Shown: positions 27,588 to 37,056 of the stretch, in pieces
Layout of the letters: each line of letters begins with the position of its first letter
Numbering within the stretch: the stretch's first letter is position 1
Source of the DNA: an uncultured virus (IMG/VR IMGVR_UViG_3300042540_001200)
Lineage: Duplodnaviria > Heunggongvirae > Uroviricota > Caudoviricetes
Length of the DNA: 64,000 bases
Direction: 5' to 3' (one strand)
IMG/VR virus record: IMGVR_UViG_3300042540_001200
Coordinates: 1 to 64,000 of that record
Program-made: the position numbers and the translations under genes
Notes under the pieces: model-generated
Told to the model about the DNA's origin: nothing
The model's database searches: none
What the model saw: the letters and a program-made list of their open reading frames with translations, nothing else

Positions 27588-30308
27588 CTATTCAAAAGTA
27601 AATAGTGAGTCAAATTTATTGTTTATGTTTGTATTTTTTTCTAAATCCCATCCTAATACACCAAGTAGATTGTCAATCTTTTTATCTACTAATGTATATT
27701 CCATTTCACGATCATCAAATGGTAATTCAACAAACCATTGTGGTAATCGTAACTCATCAGTAGGGTACGCAATACTTGTAAAATTTAACGGGTTGTTTTT
27801 TAACTTACAAACAATAATTTTAGAACCATTGGTAATCTTTGTACTGTAATTATCATGGTTTAGTTGTCGAAGAAAATTCCAATTAAGCGAGGCACGAACG
27901 TGGCCTGGCATGTTGACTTTACCATCTTTACTACGGTTTAATTTTTCTTCATACAACGCTAACTTATTAACTGCTTTAGGACTACCTTTATTCCAACTTG
28001 GCATTTCACGTAGTTTATGTTTGAAAGTTATAATCTTTTTAATAATGTCATCACGTGAAGATCCTCCTAGAACATCTTCTAGTATACTGAATAAAAACTC
28101 TTGTACAAATTTTGGTGTGTCAGCACGTTTTAGATCAAGACCCATTGCCTTAATCTTACCTAACTTACCATCATTGTCTAAACGTTTACCTTCTTTGTCA
28201 TAAATGTTAACTGCATATCTTTTCTTAGTAATAAACAATCCACGATCAGCAACTAATTCACGTCCTGCTTTAATAATAGAACCACTTGATTTAGGACAAT
28301 GAAAGGTATCATACATAAATTGTGGAAAACTTTGATTGACTGTATTGCCTAACTCATCATATATAGCAATTGCATTTTCTTTAGTCCACGTCTTTTTTAG
28401 TTCAGCATCTTGTGACCATATAGGCCATCCACTGAAATAACATGAGTCAGTGTCACCATAAACAATAGCATCACCTGTATGATCATATTCGCCTGTAATT
28501 AATTCATTTAAATACGCACTCATATGTTTTACAATTTGTCTACCTGTTAATGTAGTACTTTGTCCAATACGTTTATCGTAAAATCGACAATGTTGATTCA
28601 ATAGCGCACCATAGGCAGAGTTAAGTAAAATCTTACGTACAAGTTGTCGTTTATCATAAAACTCAGCTTCTTCGGGGGTTTTTGCTTCTTTAAGTTGTTT
28701 TTGAATTTGTTTACGTTCGTTATACCACCTCGTCAACAACCCAGGTATCACCCCCTCTACTTCATTAGTAAAAATAGTACCATTGGCACTAAGTATCCAT
28801 GGTTTACCACTGTTAAAAATTAGTTCGTGTATTTCCGCAGCACTTGCTACATCACTGCCACCACTTTCCCAATCAATAGTAATCATAGTATGACGTTCTT
28901 TATTCATCACCGCCGTATATTCTAAACTACCAAACAATCCTTCCCATAGGATAGGACCATCCTCGCCTTCTACCTCAGTATCTTCAGATGCATTGCGATT
29001 TTTTTTCTTTTCTCGTGCTAGTTTTTGGCTTTTATCATATAAGTATTGATCAGTTAAAGTTTGTTTTAGTTGTCCAACTATTGTTTCAGGTGCCATGTTT
29101 AGTGCACGAATCGTCGATGGATATAGCGAGTTTAAATCAACTGCTGCTATCCATTCATGTATACCTTTTTTAGGATAAGCAACATATGCACCCGCAGCTT
29201 TACTTTCATCATCAGTATCACGTGTAGGTTTGTCAGGTATGATTAACCCACGTGAATGTGCTTCGTTAATCACAGCTTGTTCAATCATAGCTACACTGCC
29301 CATCACGGTAGGTAATAATACGGTATTTTGATGTGCAATGCTATTGGCTAAGTCTAAAAATTTTAGTTTGTTATGAATCTTAAAAAGAAGCATCGTATCT
29401 TGACGGTTATACTCTAAGAATGTTTTCCAATCATTATTGTATAGTTGATCAAGTGTACCTTCGTAAGGTGTTTTCTTTTCACCTACTTCCATTTCACCAA
29501 TATAATCAAGTTTATAACTATGACGTTGTTCGTAATTATATTTTTTATATAACTCAAGGTAATCCATGTGTATACGACCAACTAAATCATAAGTAACTTG
29601 TTTTTGATCAAATTGAACAAACTCACGTTGTTTTGGTGGTTGGTTGAGTAAACAAAAACGGTAAGTATCTTCTTTCGATAATACTCTTGTTACACGATTA
29701 ACCATATATGGTATATCATAGCCACCACTATTCCATCCTGTTAACACATCAGCATCTTCAATCAGTGTAAAAAATGTATCAAACATTTCTGCTTCATCTG
29801 CAAAAACAAAGGTATTTTCAAATGATGATGTAATTTCTATTATTTCATCTTGTGATAATCCTTTTGGTGGCACACATAGTGTAATCAGTGTATTGCACCA
29901 ATCAAGATACATTGAAATAGAATTGACTGCATTAAACGGATCACTTGGTGGTGCGAATCCATATTCAGGGTCAAAGTTTACCTCAATGTCAAAAAAACAT
30001 GTATGTAATTTTGGTGGTGGAGCATCTAAATAATTATCTGCCAAACATCGAAAGACAGGATTGATATCACTTTCATAAGTTTTTTTCTTAGATAATACAC
30101 GCAATTCTTTTTGAAATTCAGAGCGTTTTGATGTGACGAATTTAGTAAGTGATTCACCATCTACACCACGATATTTTCCTTTTGGGTCAGGATAATAAAA
30201 AATATATTTGGCTTTGTATTCTTGGTAAACACGCTTACCTTTATCATCACGTTCTACAATGTAAATGATATCTTTGTCACGATCTAACAACGCATCAACA
30301 TAACTCAT
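27588..30308 (-). CDS. gp43: family B DNA polymerase (gp43-like)
   Basis: Exo FDIE, GWNS.GYDIPY, YN.QD; pol DLNSLYPS, KILLNSAYG, YGDTDS, KKRY; C-terminal clamp-binding DSLFTF. Confidence 0.97.
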   Translation of the reverse strand: MSYVDALLDRDKDIIYIVERDDKGKRVYQEYKAKYIFYYPDPKGKYRGVDGESLTKFVTSKRSEFQKELRVLSKKKTYESDINPVFRCLADNYLDAPPPKLHTCFFDIEVNFDPEYGFAPPSDPFNAVNSISMYLDWCNTLITLCVPPKGLSQDEIIEITSSFENTFVFADEAEMFDTFFTLIEDADVLTGWNSGGYDIPYMVNRVTRVLSKEDTYRFCLLNQPPKQREFVQFDQKQVTYDLVGRIHMDYLELYKKYNYEQRHSYKLDYIGEMEVGEKKTPYEGTLDQLYNNDWKTFLEYNRQDTMLLFKIHNKLKFLDLANSIAHQNTVLLPTVMGSVAMIEQAVINEAHSRGLIIPDKPTRDTDDESKAAGAYVAYPKKGIHEWIAAVDLNSLYPSTIRALNMAPETIVGQLKQTLTDQYLYDKSQKLAREKKKNRNASEDTEVEGEDGPILWEGLFGSLEYTAVMNKERHTMITIDWESGGSDVASAAEIHELIFNSGKPWILSANGTIFTNEVEGVIPGLLTRWYNERKQIQKQLKEAKTPEEAEFYDKRQLVRKILLNSAYGALLNQHCRFYDKRIGQSTTLTGRQIVKHMSAYLNELITGEYDHTGDAIVYGDTDSCYFSGWPIWSQDAELKKTWTKENAIAIYDELGNTVNQSFPQFMYDTFHCPKSSGSIIKAGRELVADRGLFITKKRYAVNIYDKEGKRLDNDGKLGKIKAMGLDLKRADTPKFVQEFLFSILEDVLGGSSRDDIIKKIITFKHKLREMPSWNKGSPKAVNKLALYEEKLNRSKDGKVNMPGHVRASLNWNFLRQLNHDNYSTKITNGSKIIVCKLKNNPLNFTSIAYPTDELRLPQWFVELPFDDREMEYTLVDKKIDNLLGVLGWDLEKNTNINNKFDSLFTFE

Positions 30309-30311
30309 AAA

Positions 30312-30944
30312 TTACGTATTATAAAAGAAATTGCCTGATATACTAATTCTTGATCCATTTGAGCTATAAAATGGATGGACCGAGTGCCCTAGCACAGAGG
30401 GAAAGATTAAACATTTATATATCATAGTTTTGTCAATTTTAATAAAATAAGATCCTATACCGCCTATTGGGTCAGGATAAATGAAAGAAAAAGTGCCACC
30501 CAAATTATATCTAGAATCTTTGCCTGGGTTTAATTGCTGTTCTTTTTCATAATCATACGGTATTTCCAAGTATAAAACAAATGATACTAATCCTGAATGA
30601 TTGTGAGGAGGATTTACTTCATATTTTTTTTGAAAATTAACCCAAGCATTATTTAAAGTTAAAGTATGATTATGCATGTTAACTGTATAATAATCATAAA
30701 GGTTAATATGTTCAATATAGCTTATTACGTATGGAGTTAACAATTGCTCCAAATATTTTAAGCTATTTTTGATTCTTAATTCAGATTTAATTTGTCCAAT
30801 TAAAATACTATTTGCTTCTTGATATCGATTTGGATTTTTTTTCATGTCATTTACTTCTGCAATAATGGGAAGTAAATCATCTTTAGAAAATTCTACCTCA
30901 TAAAAACCAAATGAATACAATGGTTGAAATTTGGTTGGGTTCAT
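30312..30944 (-). CDS. 2OG-Fe(II) oxygenase-like protein
   Basis: WVNFQ, NPPHNHSG, IFPS..HSVHPF, RISISGN. Confidence 0.88.
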   Translation of the reverse strand: MNPTKFQPLYSFGFYEVEFSKDDLLPIIAEVNDMKKNPNRYQEANSILIGQIKSELRIKNSLKYLEQLLTPYVISYIEHINLYDYYTVNMHNHTLTLNNAWVNFQKKYEVNPPHNHSGLVSFVLYLEIPYDYEKEQQLNPGKDSRYNLGGTFSFIYPDPIGGIGSYFIKIDKTMIYKCLIFPSVLGHSVHPFYSSNGSRISISGNFFYNT

Positions 30945-31202
30945 TTACATTGTTTTTCCAACAGTTATTAAAATGTTTTCAAGTAACTCATGATCTTGAC
31001 GTGCTTTACCCAACTCTGCTTTATGGGCAATACGAATTGCTTTTTTTAACACTGCTGCTTTAATATTCATTTCCTCAGCAATTGCTTTAACAGTATCATT
31101 TAATCCACTTTGTAAGGTATCAACCTCATGTAATACTTGACAACCCTCCGTAATTAAATGCGTTAGTTTTGCTTTTTGCTCGGAAGAAAAGGTAACACTC
31201 AT
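30945..31202 (-). CDS. dsDNA-binding protein (T4 DsbA/GapR-like)
   Basis: 85 aa coiled coil, LKKAIRIAHK; upstream of polymerase. Confidence 0.6.
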   Translation of the reverse strand: MSVTFSSEQKAKLTHLITEGCQVLHEVDTLQSGLNDTVKAIAEEMNIKAAVLKKAIRIAHKAELGKARQDHELLENILITVGKTM

Positions 31203-31274
31203 ATCAAACTCCTATAAGAAAGTACTTAGTGTACACCTTACATGCAATAAAACAATGTTTTTTGGATAATGGGG

Positions 31275-31799
31275 TTAGAGGAAAATCTGTTTAAGTTTTG
31301 GCATGACTGAATTTAAATCAGTGTACAATAATCCTATGCCACCTGCTTGATTAAATGCATCAATTTTTTTAGGAGTATCGTCGATTAATATGGCAGGTTG
31401 GTGTCCATAATTAGCCCACTTCCATTTGTTAGGTTCAAATATAGCTTTTTGAGCAACTTCCCACCCTAAATTAGTGGCTAACCAATCTTTTTTACCAACT
31501 TCACTTGCTTTACGACTATCTTTGGGATCGACCCCACTACTACGTAATGGTGCACTAAGGATACGCCAATCAATATTGTGATCATCTAACCACTTAATTA
31601 ATTGCATTCCATCAGCTAATGGTGGCATGTTAGCGAAAAAATCTTTTACCCCACGTGGTCCTAACCTACGCAGACTATCTACCCTACTTTCTTTGTCAGT
31701 ACCATCATATTTAAGGATAGCTTGGTCAAAATCAGCTAGGACACCATCCATATCAACAAAGACAAAAGGTTTTGGTTTACTTACTTCGAAGATTTTCAT
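31275..31799 (-). CDS. HAD 5'(3')-deoxyribonucleotidase-like
   Basis: DMDGVLADF, ILSAP, LIDD; start MKIFEV. Confidence 0.88.
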   Translation of the reverse strand: MKIFEVSKPKPFVFVDMDGVLADFDQAILKYDGTDKESRVDSLRRLGPRGVKDFFANMPPLADGMQLIKWLDDHNIDWRILSAPLRSSGVDPKDSRKASEVGKKDWLATNLGWEVAQKAIFEPNKWKWANYGHQPAILIDDTPKKIDAFNQAGGIGLLYTDLNSVMPKLKQIFL

Positions 31800-32224
31800 A
31801 CTCTGCAATTTCCTATAACTTTTGTTATTGTTGTAAATTCACGTGCTACACGATCATAAAACAATTCAGGAGGTCTTTCACTGTAAGTACGATAACCTAA
31901 AGCAAGTTGCCCCATGTCAACATAATAGGATAAACTAGGCCAACGTTTTCTGTTGAGCTTTAATCCATCAATAAGTATACATTCTTCTGCCAATCTTGTC
32001 AAATTAGTTTTTTTGGTTTCACCATCAGTGTTCATGGCTTCCATTAATTTTATGGCAATAGGTTCGTTATTAATATTTGGGTTTTCCATATGTCTTGCAA
32101 ACATATGTACGGTAAACGCCTCTATATCAGGATCAAGATTAACACATGCAGCAGCTTCGGCGGCAAGAATTACCTCGTAGCTATGCTTGACATAGGTCAT
32201 CCAATGTTGCATATTAATGTTCAA
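31796..32224 (-). CDS. hypothetical protein
   Basis: Helical; YYVDMGQLA motif. Confidence 0.75.
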   Translation of the reverse strand: MNINMQHWMTYVKHSYEVILAAEAAACVNLDPDIEAFTVHMFARHMENPNINNEPIAIKLMEAMNTDGETKKTNLTRLAEECILIDGLKLNRKRWPSLSYYVDMGQLALGYRTYSERPPELFYDRVAREFTTITKVIGNCRV

Positions 32225-33458
32225 GCAATAAGGTTATAATAACGTCATTACGGTTAGCACTATCGTCCCCATCCCCAGGCGCCACCACCACATTCCAATA
32301 TGGCTCACCATTAGACTTTGTACCATCCTTAAATCCCATCATTTGATCATAAGTAATAATCGTTTGTGGTTTTATACCATATTTTTGTGCTGCACGTTGT
32401 TTGAATGTTTCCCAAGCCTCTGCATTTTTCCAACGTAATTTATTATTTGCATCACGCCCCATTAAATCAGTAAACAATGCACGATCAACAATTTCACTAC
32501 GCTTTACTTCTTGACCTGTCTGTTTTTTAAATAATTCTACTTTTTTGAATTCTCCTGATTTTGCTCCCATAGAAAAATTAATTCTAAAATTCTTTGGACG
32601 TTCGCTTGTTGCAACATCGCCTATTTTTGTATAGGCATAAAATTGCACGTCAGGAAACTTTCTTGCAACATCATAGGCTAAGTTAAGATATTCAGGGCTA
32701 AAGAAATCACCCGCATCGTGCCAACGAATGATGACTTGTGTACCCTGTTTTTGAAACTTATTTCTTGCAGATTCAATCTCATTTTCTAGCATAGCTTTCC
32801 ATCCATCGGGATCATTAAGTAAAAAATTTAATGATCTTGATCCTGCTTCAGATGGTGGAGCATATTGTACATAACCACCTTTCATTGCATAACATACTTG
32901 TACGCATTTTCCTGCCCCAGGGCAAGTATTTACAACCACAAATTTCATCTTTTCTTCATCTACTGCTAAACCAACTAAAGCAGGTAAACCAATATTAAAA
33001 AATATACTGCTACTTCCATCACTATGCTGCATTTTTTCGTTTTGTTTTAACAGCTTCTTAGGACGTTGCATCACTGATGCCATCAATTTTGGCAAATCAT
33101 ACAATTGATTACTAGGATCTACAATAGGCACTGTGCCACTGTGAATATATGGACGTATTAGTTTATCTTGCTTAAATCGTTTGTAAACTTCGTATTCTTC
33201 ACCTGACATTTTACCAAGTTGTTTTTTACTTGGTCTACGATATTTTTTCTGTAATTCAGGGCTAAGTTTTCTACGTAAATAGTCAGTTAATTCGTCTTCA
33301 GGATAATCTCGACGTGGTGCCCCTAAGAATTTTTCAGCTTCATCTAATTCTTCTTGATCTTGTACAAATTGTTGTAGTGACATCACCTCAACTCCCTGAG
33401 CGGCGCCTGGAAAATCGGACTTTAATGTATCTTCAAGTAATAATTCATTAATTTTCAT
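32214..33458 (-). CDS. phage gp88-like (radical-SAM-related) protein
   Basis: TCPGAGKCVQVCYAMKG, RWHDAGDF, YAYTK. Confidence 0.7.
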   Translation of the reverse strand: MKINELLLEDTLKSDFPGAAQGVEVMSLQQFVQDQEELDEAEKFLGAPRRDYPEDELTDYLRRKLSPELQKKYRRPSKKQLGKMSGEEYEVYKRFKQDKLIRPYIHSGTVPIVDPSNQLYDLPKLMASVMQRPKKLLKQNEKMQHSDGSSSIFFNIGLPALVGLAVDEEKMKFVVVNTCPGAGKCVQVCYAMKGGYVQYAPPSEAGSRSLNFLLNDPDGWKAMLENEIESARNKFQKQGTQVIIRWHDAGDFFSPEYLNLAYDVARKFPDVQFYAYTKIGDVATSERPKNFRINFSMGAKSGEFKKVELFKKQTGQEVKRSEIVDRALFTDLMGRDANNKLRWKNAEAWETFKQRAAQKYGIKPQTIITYDQMMGFKDGTKSNGEPYWNVVVAPGDGDDSANRNDVIITLLLEH

Positions 33459-33490
33459 AGTAACAATACCTTTATAGTATTTATTTCATT

Positions 33491-34192
33491 TTATCCAAAA
33501 CCAAACGTGCCATAGTGTTTAGAACGTGCATAGGCAGCTATTAAAACTTTACCGCCAATCTTACGCCATTCATTACAAAAATGATAATCTTCAGATAGTA
33601 AATTATAATCAATACTTGTTTGAAAAAATCCGTATGTTAATCGACCTGTATATTCACCCCAATTACCTATATAAGTTGGAGTATGCGGTTTTAACTTTTC
33701 AAACACATTACGTTTGATAAGCATATATCCCGTACCTGCATGAATAGCTTCTTTCAAACGATCAGGTTCATTGTCTAATTGGGGATCCTCGCCAGGGGCT
33801 GCATTAAATATATACCAAGTACTATAAAATGGTAATTTTTCAGGTGGCTCCCCGTTTCGTACAGCATGATGTACCCATTCCCAATTAATAATTTTTGATG
33901 GATAACATCCACAAATCAAATCTACATCCTCATTAATCATACGAATTACATCAGGTGGATTGATGATTACGTCAGCGTCTAAAAATAATAAATGAGTACA
34001 ATCACTTAATAAAAAATCTGATACTAAATTATCTCTAGCACGTGTGATTAACGATTGATCATACGTAAAATGATATTCTAATTTCCACTTTTTCTTTCTA
34101 AATTCTTCAATTAATTTAATTAATGCATCAGCAAATAACCCATGACATTGTCCACCATACATGGGTGTTGCAAGAAAAACTTTTGGCTTCAT
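33491..34192 (-). CDS. GT-A fold glycosyltransferase-like protein
   Basis: TPMYGG, SLITRARD, LFLDAD, GTGYMLI, SEDYHFC. Confidence 0.8.
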   Translation of the reverse strand: MKPKVFLATPMYGGQCHGLFADALIKLIEEFRKKKWKLEYHFTYDQSLITRARDNLVSDFLLSDCTHLLFLDADVIINPPDVIRMINEDVDLICGCYPSKIINWEWVHHAVRNGEPPEKLPFYSTWYIFNAAPGEDPQLDNEPDRLKEAIHAGTGYMLIKRNVFEKLKPHTPTYIGNWGEYTGRLTYGFFQTSIDYNLLSEDYHFCNEWRKIGGKVLIAAYARSKHYGTFGFG

Positions 34193-34236
34193 CTTTACCT
34201 CATTAAAAGTAAAGATATTTAATGTGGTATTGCTGT

Positions 34237-34416
34237 TTAATTATTTTTAATTAAATCATCCAAATATGCTCTTGCCGCACGATAATGTTCAACTTCAAAA
34301 TTAAATGTTTTCCATTCGCCACTAGCACATTGTGCAGTAAATGAATAACTTCTTAATGGTTGTGCCATAGGTGGTGGTGCCATAGGTGCTTCGTTTGATC
34401 CTCCAACTAAACTCAT
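34237..34416 (-). CDS. hypothetical protein
   Basis: Start MSLVGG after AAGGAG. Confidence 0.65.
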   Translation of the reverse strand: MSLVGGSNEAPMAPPPMAQPLRSYSFTAQCASGEWKTFNFEVEHYRAARAYLDDLIKNN

Positions 34417-34429
34417 GTTATTATTCTCC

Positions 34430-36619
34430 TTATGATGAGCCAAAAAACTTATTCATCAAAGCTTTTTGTTTTTTAGGTTTTGCCCCAAGTACAGGACTAA
34501 TATTAGCCACCTTATCAGTGCCACTTAAGTATTTTGGGTTACGCTTGTCCTCTTTAGTATAACGTGGGTCTTTAGGGTCATACTCAGTACCAAATGCACT
34601 CTTAACTTGTGACGAATTGAATATGATATAAGACATATCTATATAGTCAGCTTGTTTTTGCAAATACTGATGCGCTTCTTGTTCAGCTTCTTCAGGTGTA
34701 TCGCCTTCACCAATAGGTAAAGTAGGCATAACATTATCAGGTAAATATGCTACGTATTTTGATCCTTCTTTTTTAATCGTAAAATTAATGCGCTCATCAG
34801 GTCGCAATGTTCGCTTACCTTCATTAGTATTACGATATTGTATACCATCATATCCCGCATCAAACAATGAACGTGCTAATTCAGCATAGATTGTTGCTTT
34901 ACAGTCATCCCAATCCATATCACGATCCCTACGAATTGCTTCAAGTTCGTTATATTCTTTTTGGTTAATAATCTTTTTCTTAAATAAAAAATTCATAACT
35001 TGACGTAAATGCTCTTCATCAGGACCAAATATGTCAGGCATAGTAAAAGGGTTTGTAATCTTTAAAAATACAGGAATTACACGTGCTCCACTATATTTGG
35101 CAAACTCATTAGCTGCTTCACGATTGCCAAAATGTATACCAAAATCACGATATAAATTTTTAAACGTTGAAAAATCATTAGATGTACCATGATAAACAAT
35201 CATAGGAGCACCATTACTATCAACTACTTTACTATTGCCAAACCATGCTCTTAAATTTTCCTCACGACCTTCTACTAATTCTTTTAAAAAACTCATGGAC
35301 TCTTTGTTGATATTAGGATTAGTTGGGTCAAATGTACCATCATTGTAAACGGATTTGATTTGCTCAGGGCGTAATGCTATGTACCACGTTTTGGTTCTGC
35401 CTTTTATAACGAAGCCATCATTACCGTTTTCTGTAGCCTTTTTAAGAAGATTACGCACTTGGACGTATCCCTTACTAGAATTAGACATTGACACCCATTT
35501 GTCCACGGATATAGAAAGCGGATTTTTAATAGATAAGAAAACGGGGATGATGTTGGCACCTTCTTGTTGAGCATACCCGCCAGCATCCGAGGCTGACGTT
35601 GAGAAAAAGATGCCTAGATAATCAGTTGCATTTGGCACACTGCTGCCTTTTGGCGCAGACTTGTCAAACGCTGCAAAGTTTCTGAGCGTACCGTGATACA
35701 CCACTAACGGATCGCCTCTTTCATCAACCACCTTACTATTACCAAACCACTTATTAAAATTATTTTTTCTATCATTACTATCTTCTTTAGTAATGTCAGG
35801 TTCATATTTACCAAATGTACCTACATTATATATAGACTTGATTTGATACTGTTCAAATGGACGATAAGTTAAAATAATCGGTGTGCCCTCAGCACCAAGT
35901 TCTAACTCTTTTCCATCACGTGGTTCATATTTTTGGGAACCTGCTTCAAAAACATCTTTTAAAATGACACCATCATATCCCATACCTTGTAGGTAACTTA
36001 CAATATCTTCACTATCTGCAATAGTATATGTATCTATAACCGTATTGTCTAGTGCATCCTCAATAGAACTAATATCGTCTGCTTCACCCCATGTGTCAAT
36101 TTGATCTGAAAGGTCACGAAATCCTTTTATTCTAAAACCATCATCGTCATAAGCATTGATTGAAAATCTTGCGCCTGTTTTGTATATAATTTCATCTAAA
36201 TCATATATCATATAGGACACATCTCTCCAACCTAATTTTTTACGTCCACCATCAGGTACATTTAGATCACTAGGCACCGTATTAATAAAATCTATTAATG
36301 ATATTGTTTCGTTATAACGGGTAAGATCTAATGGTTTAACAATTCGTAAATACGCTGCGATTACAGTAGAACCACTACCATATTGTCTTGTGTCTAAATG
36401 TCTAGAGTATACACTAGCTGCTGCAGGGTCATTAGTAAAAGATGGTACTGCACGACCTTGAGTTAATTTAAATTCTGTGGCAGCAGGTCGCTTACGTGTA
36501 CCACGATATACAACAAGTGGGTTGCCATTACTATCAACCACTTTACTATTACCAAACCAACTACGAAATGCTTTTGTCTCTCTAGCTTTTTGGTATTCTA
36601 ATAATTGTCCAATTTTCAT
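34430..36619 (-). CDS. polyprotein with three ADP-ribosyltransferase-like (ART-PolyVal type) domains
   Basis: Three copies of WFGNSKVVD..G.P..VY(H/R)GT ... L.I..P ... G.DG ... Q(I/V)KS. Confidence 0.75.
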   Translation of the reverse strand: MKIGQLLEYQKARETKAFRSWFGNSKVVDSNGNPLVVYRGTRKRPAATEFKLTQGRAVPSFTNDPAAASVYSRHLDTRQYGSGSTVIAAYLRIVKPLDLTRYNETISLIDFINTVPSDLNVPDGGRKKLGWRDVSYMIYDLDEIIYKTGARFSINAYDDDGFRIKGFRDLSDQIDTWGEADDISSIEDALDNTVIDTYTIADSEDIVSYLQGMGYDGVILKDVFEAGSQKYEPRDGKELELGAEGTPIILTYRPFEQYQIKSIYNVGTFGKYEPDITKEDSNDRKNNFNKWFGNSKVVDERGDPLVVYHGTLRNFAAFDKSAPKGSSVPNATDYLGIFFSTSASDAGGYAQQEGANIIPVFLSIKNPLSISVDKWVSMSNSSKGYVQVRNLLKKATENGNDGFVIKGRTKTWYIALRPEQIKSVYNDGTFDPTNPNINKESMSFLKELVEGREENLRAWFGNSKVVDSNGAPMIVYHGTSNDFSTFKNLYRDFGIHFGNREAANEFAKYSGARVIPVFLKITNPFTMPDIFGPDEEHLRQVMNFLFKKKIINQKEYNELEAIRRDRDMDWDDCKATIYAELARSLFDAGYDGIQYRNTNEGKRTLRPDERINFTIKKEGSKYVAYLPDNVMPTLPIGEGDTPEEAEQEAHQYLQKQADYIDMSYIIFNSSQVKSAFGTEYDPKDPRYTKEDKRNPKYLSGTDKVANISPVLGAKPKKQKALMNKFFGSS
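35211..36559 (-). repeat. near-identical 26-35 bp repeats at the start of each ART-like domain
   Basis: 35211-35245, 35724-35749, 36525-36559 (1-2 mismatches to the 36525 copy). Confidence 0.85.
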
Positions 36620-37056
36620 CCACGGTCTTTTTTCAATATGCTACGAAGCATCCATGAATGTTTTGCGTGACTATCAATACGTCCTGCTATAAAATCAGCA
36701 ATACCTTGCTCATCTTCTGCTTCACATTGATGGAATGTTTCTTTTAATAATACAATAATCTTTTGATTATCTTCGTACAATTCTGCCATCATTAACTCAG
36801 CACGTGGTATTTGTTGTTGCTCATCAATAATACTTAACTCTTGATACCTCGTCATGGATCCTGGTGCATATGAGTCTAACTGTCGAATTATTTCAGCTAG
36901 TTGATCAATACTGCCATATACTTCATTATACAAATCACCTAAAAATGCATGATATTGTGGAAAGTTTGGGCCTTCAATGTTCCAATGAAACCCTGCTGCC
37001 TTTATATAAAAAGCAAATGATGTTCCTAACACTTGCTTTAACTTATCTTTTAACAT
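36616..37056 (-). CDS. dps: Dps/ferritin-like protein
   Basis: HWNIEGPNFPQYH, IDQLAE, H.KH.WML. Confidence 0.92.
   Translation of the reverse strand: MLKDKLKQVLGTSFAFYIKAAGFHWNIEGPNFPQYHAFLGDLYNEVYGSIDQLAEIIRQLDSYAPGSMTRYQELSIIDEQQQIPRAELMMAELYEDNQKIIVLLKETFHQCEAEDEQGIADFIAGRIDSHAKHSWMLRSILKKDRG

Noticed and set aside
27588..30308. Possible intein or intron in DNA polymerase, helicases or clpA
   Set aside because: Lengths are normal and motifs contiguous; no splice-junction residues seen
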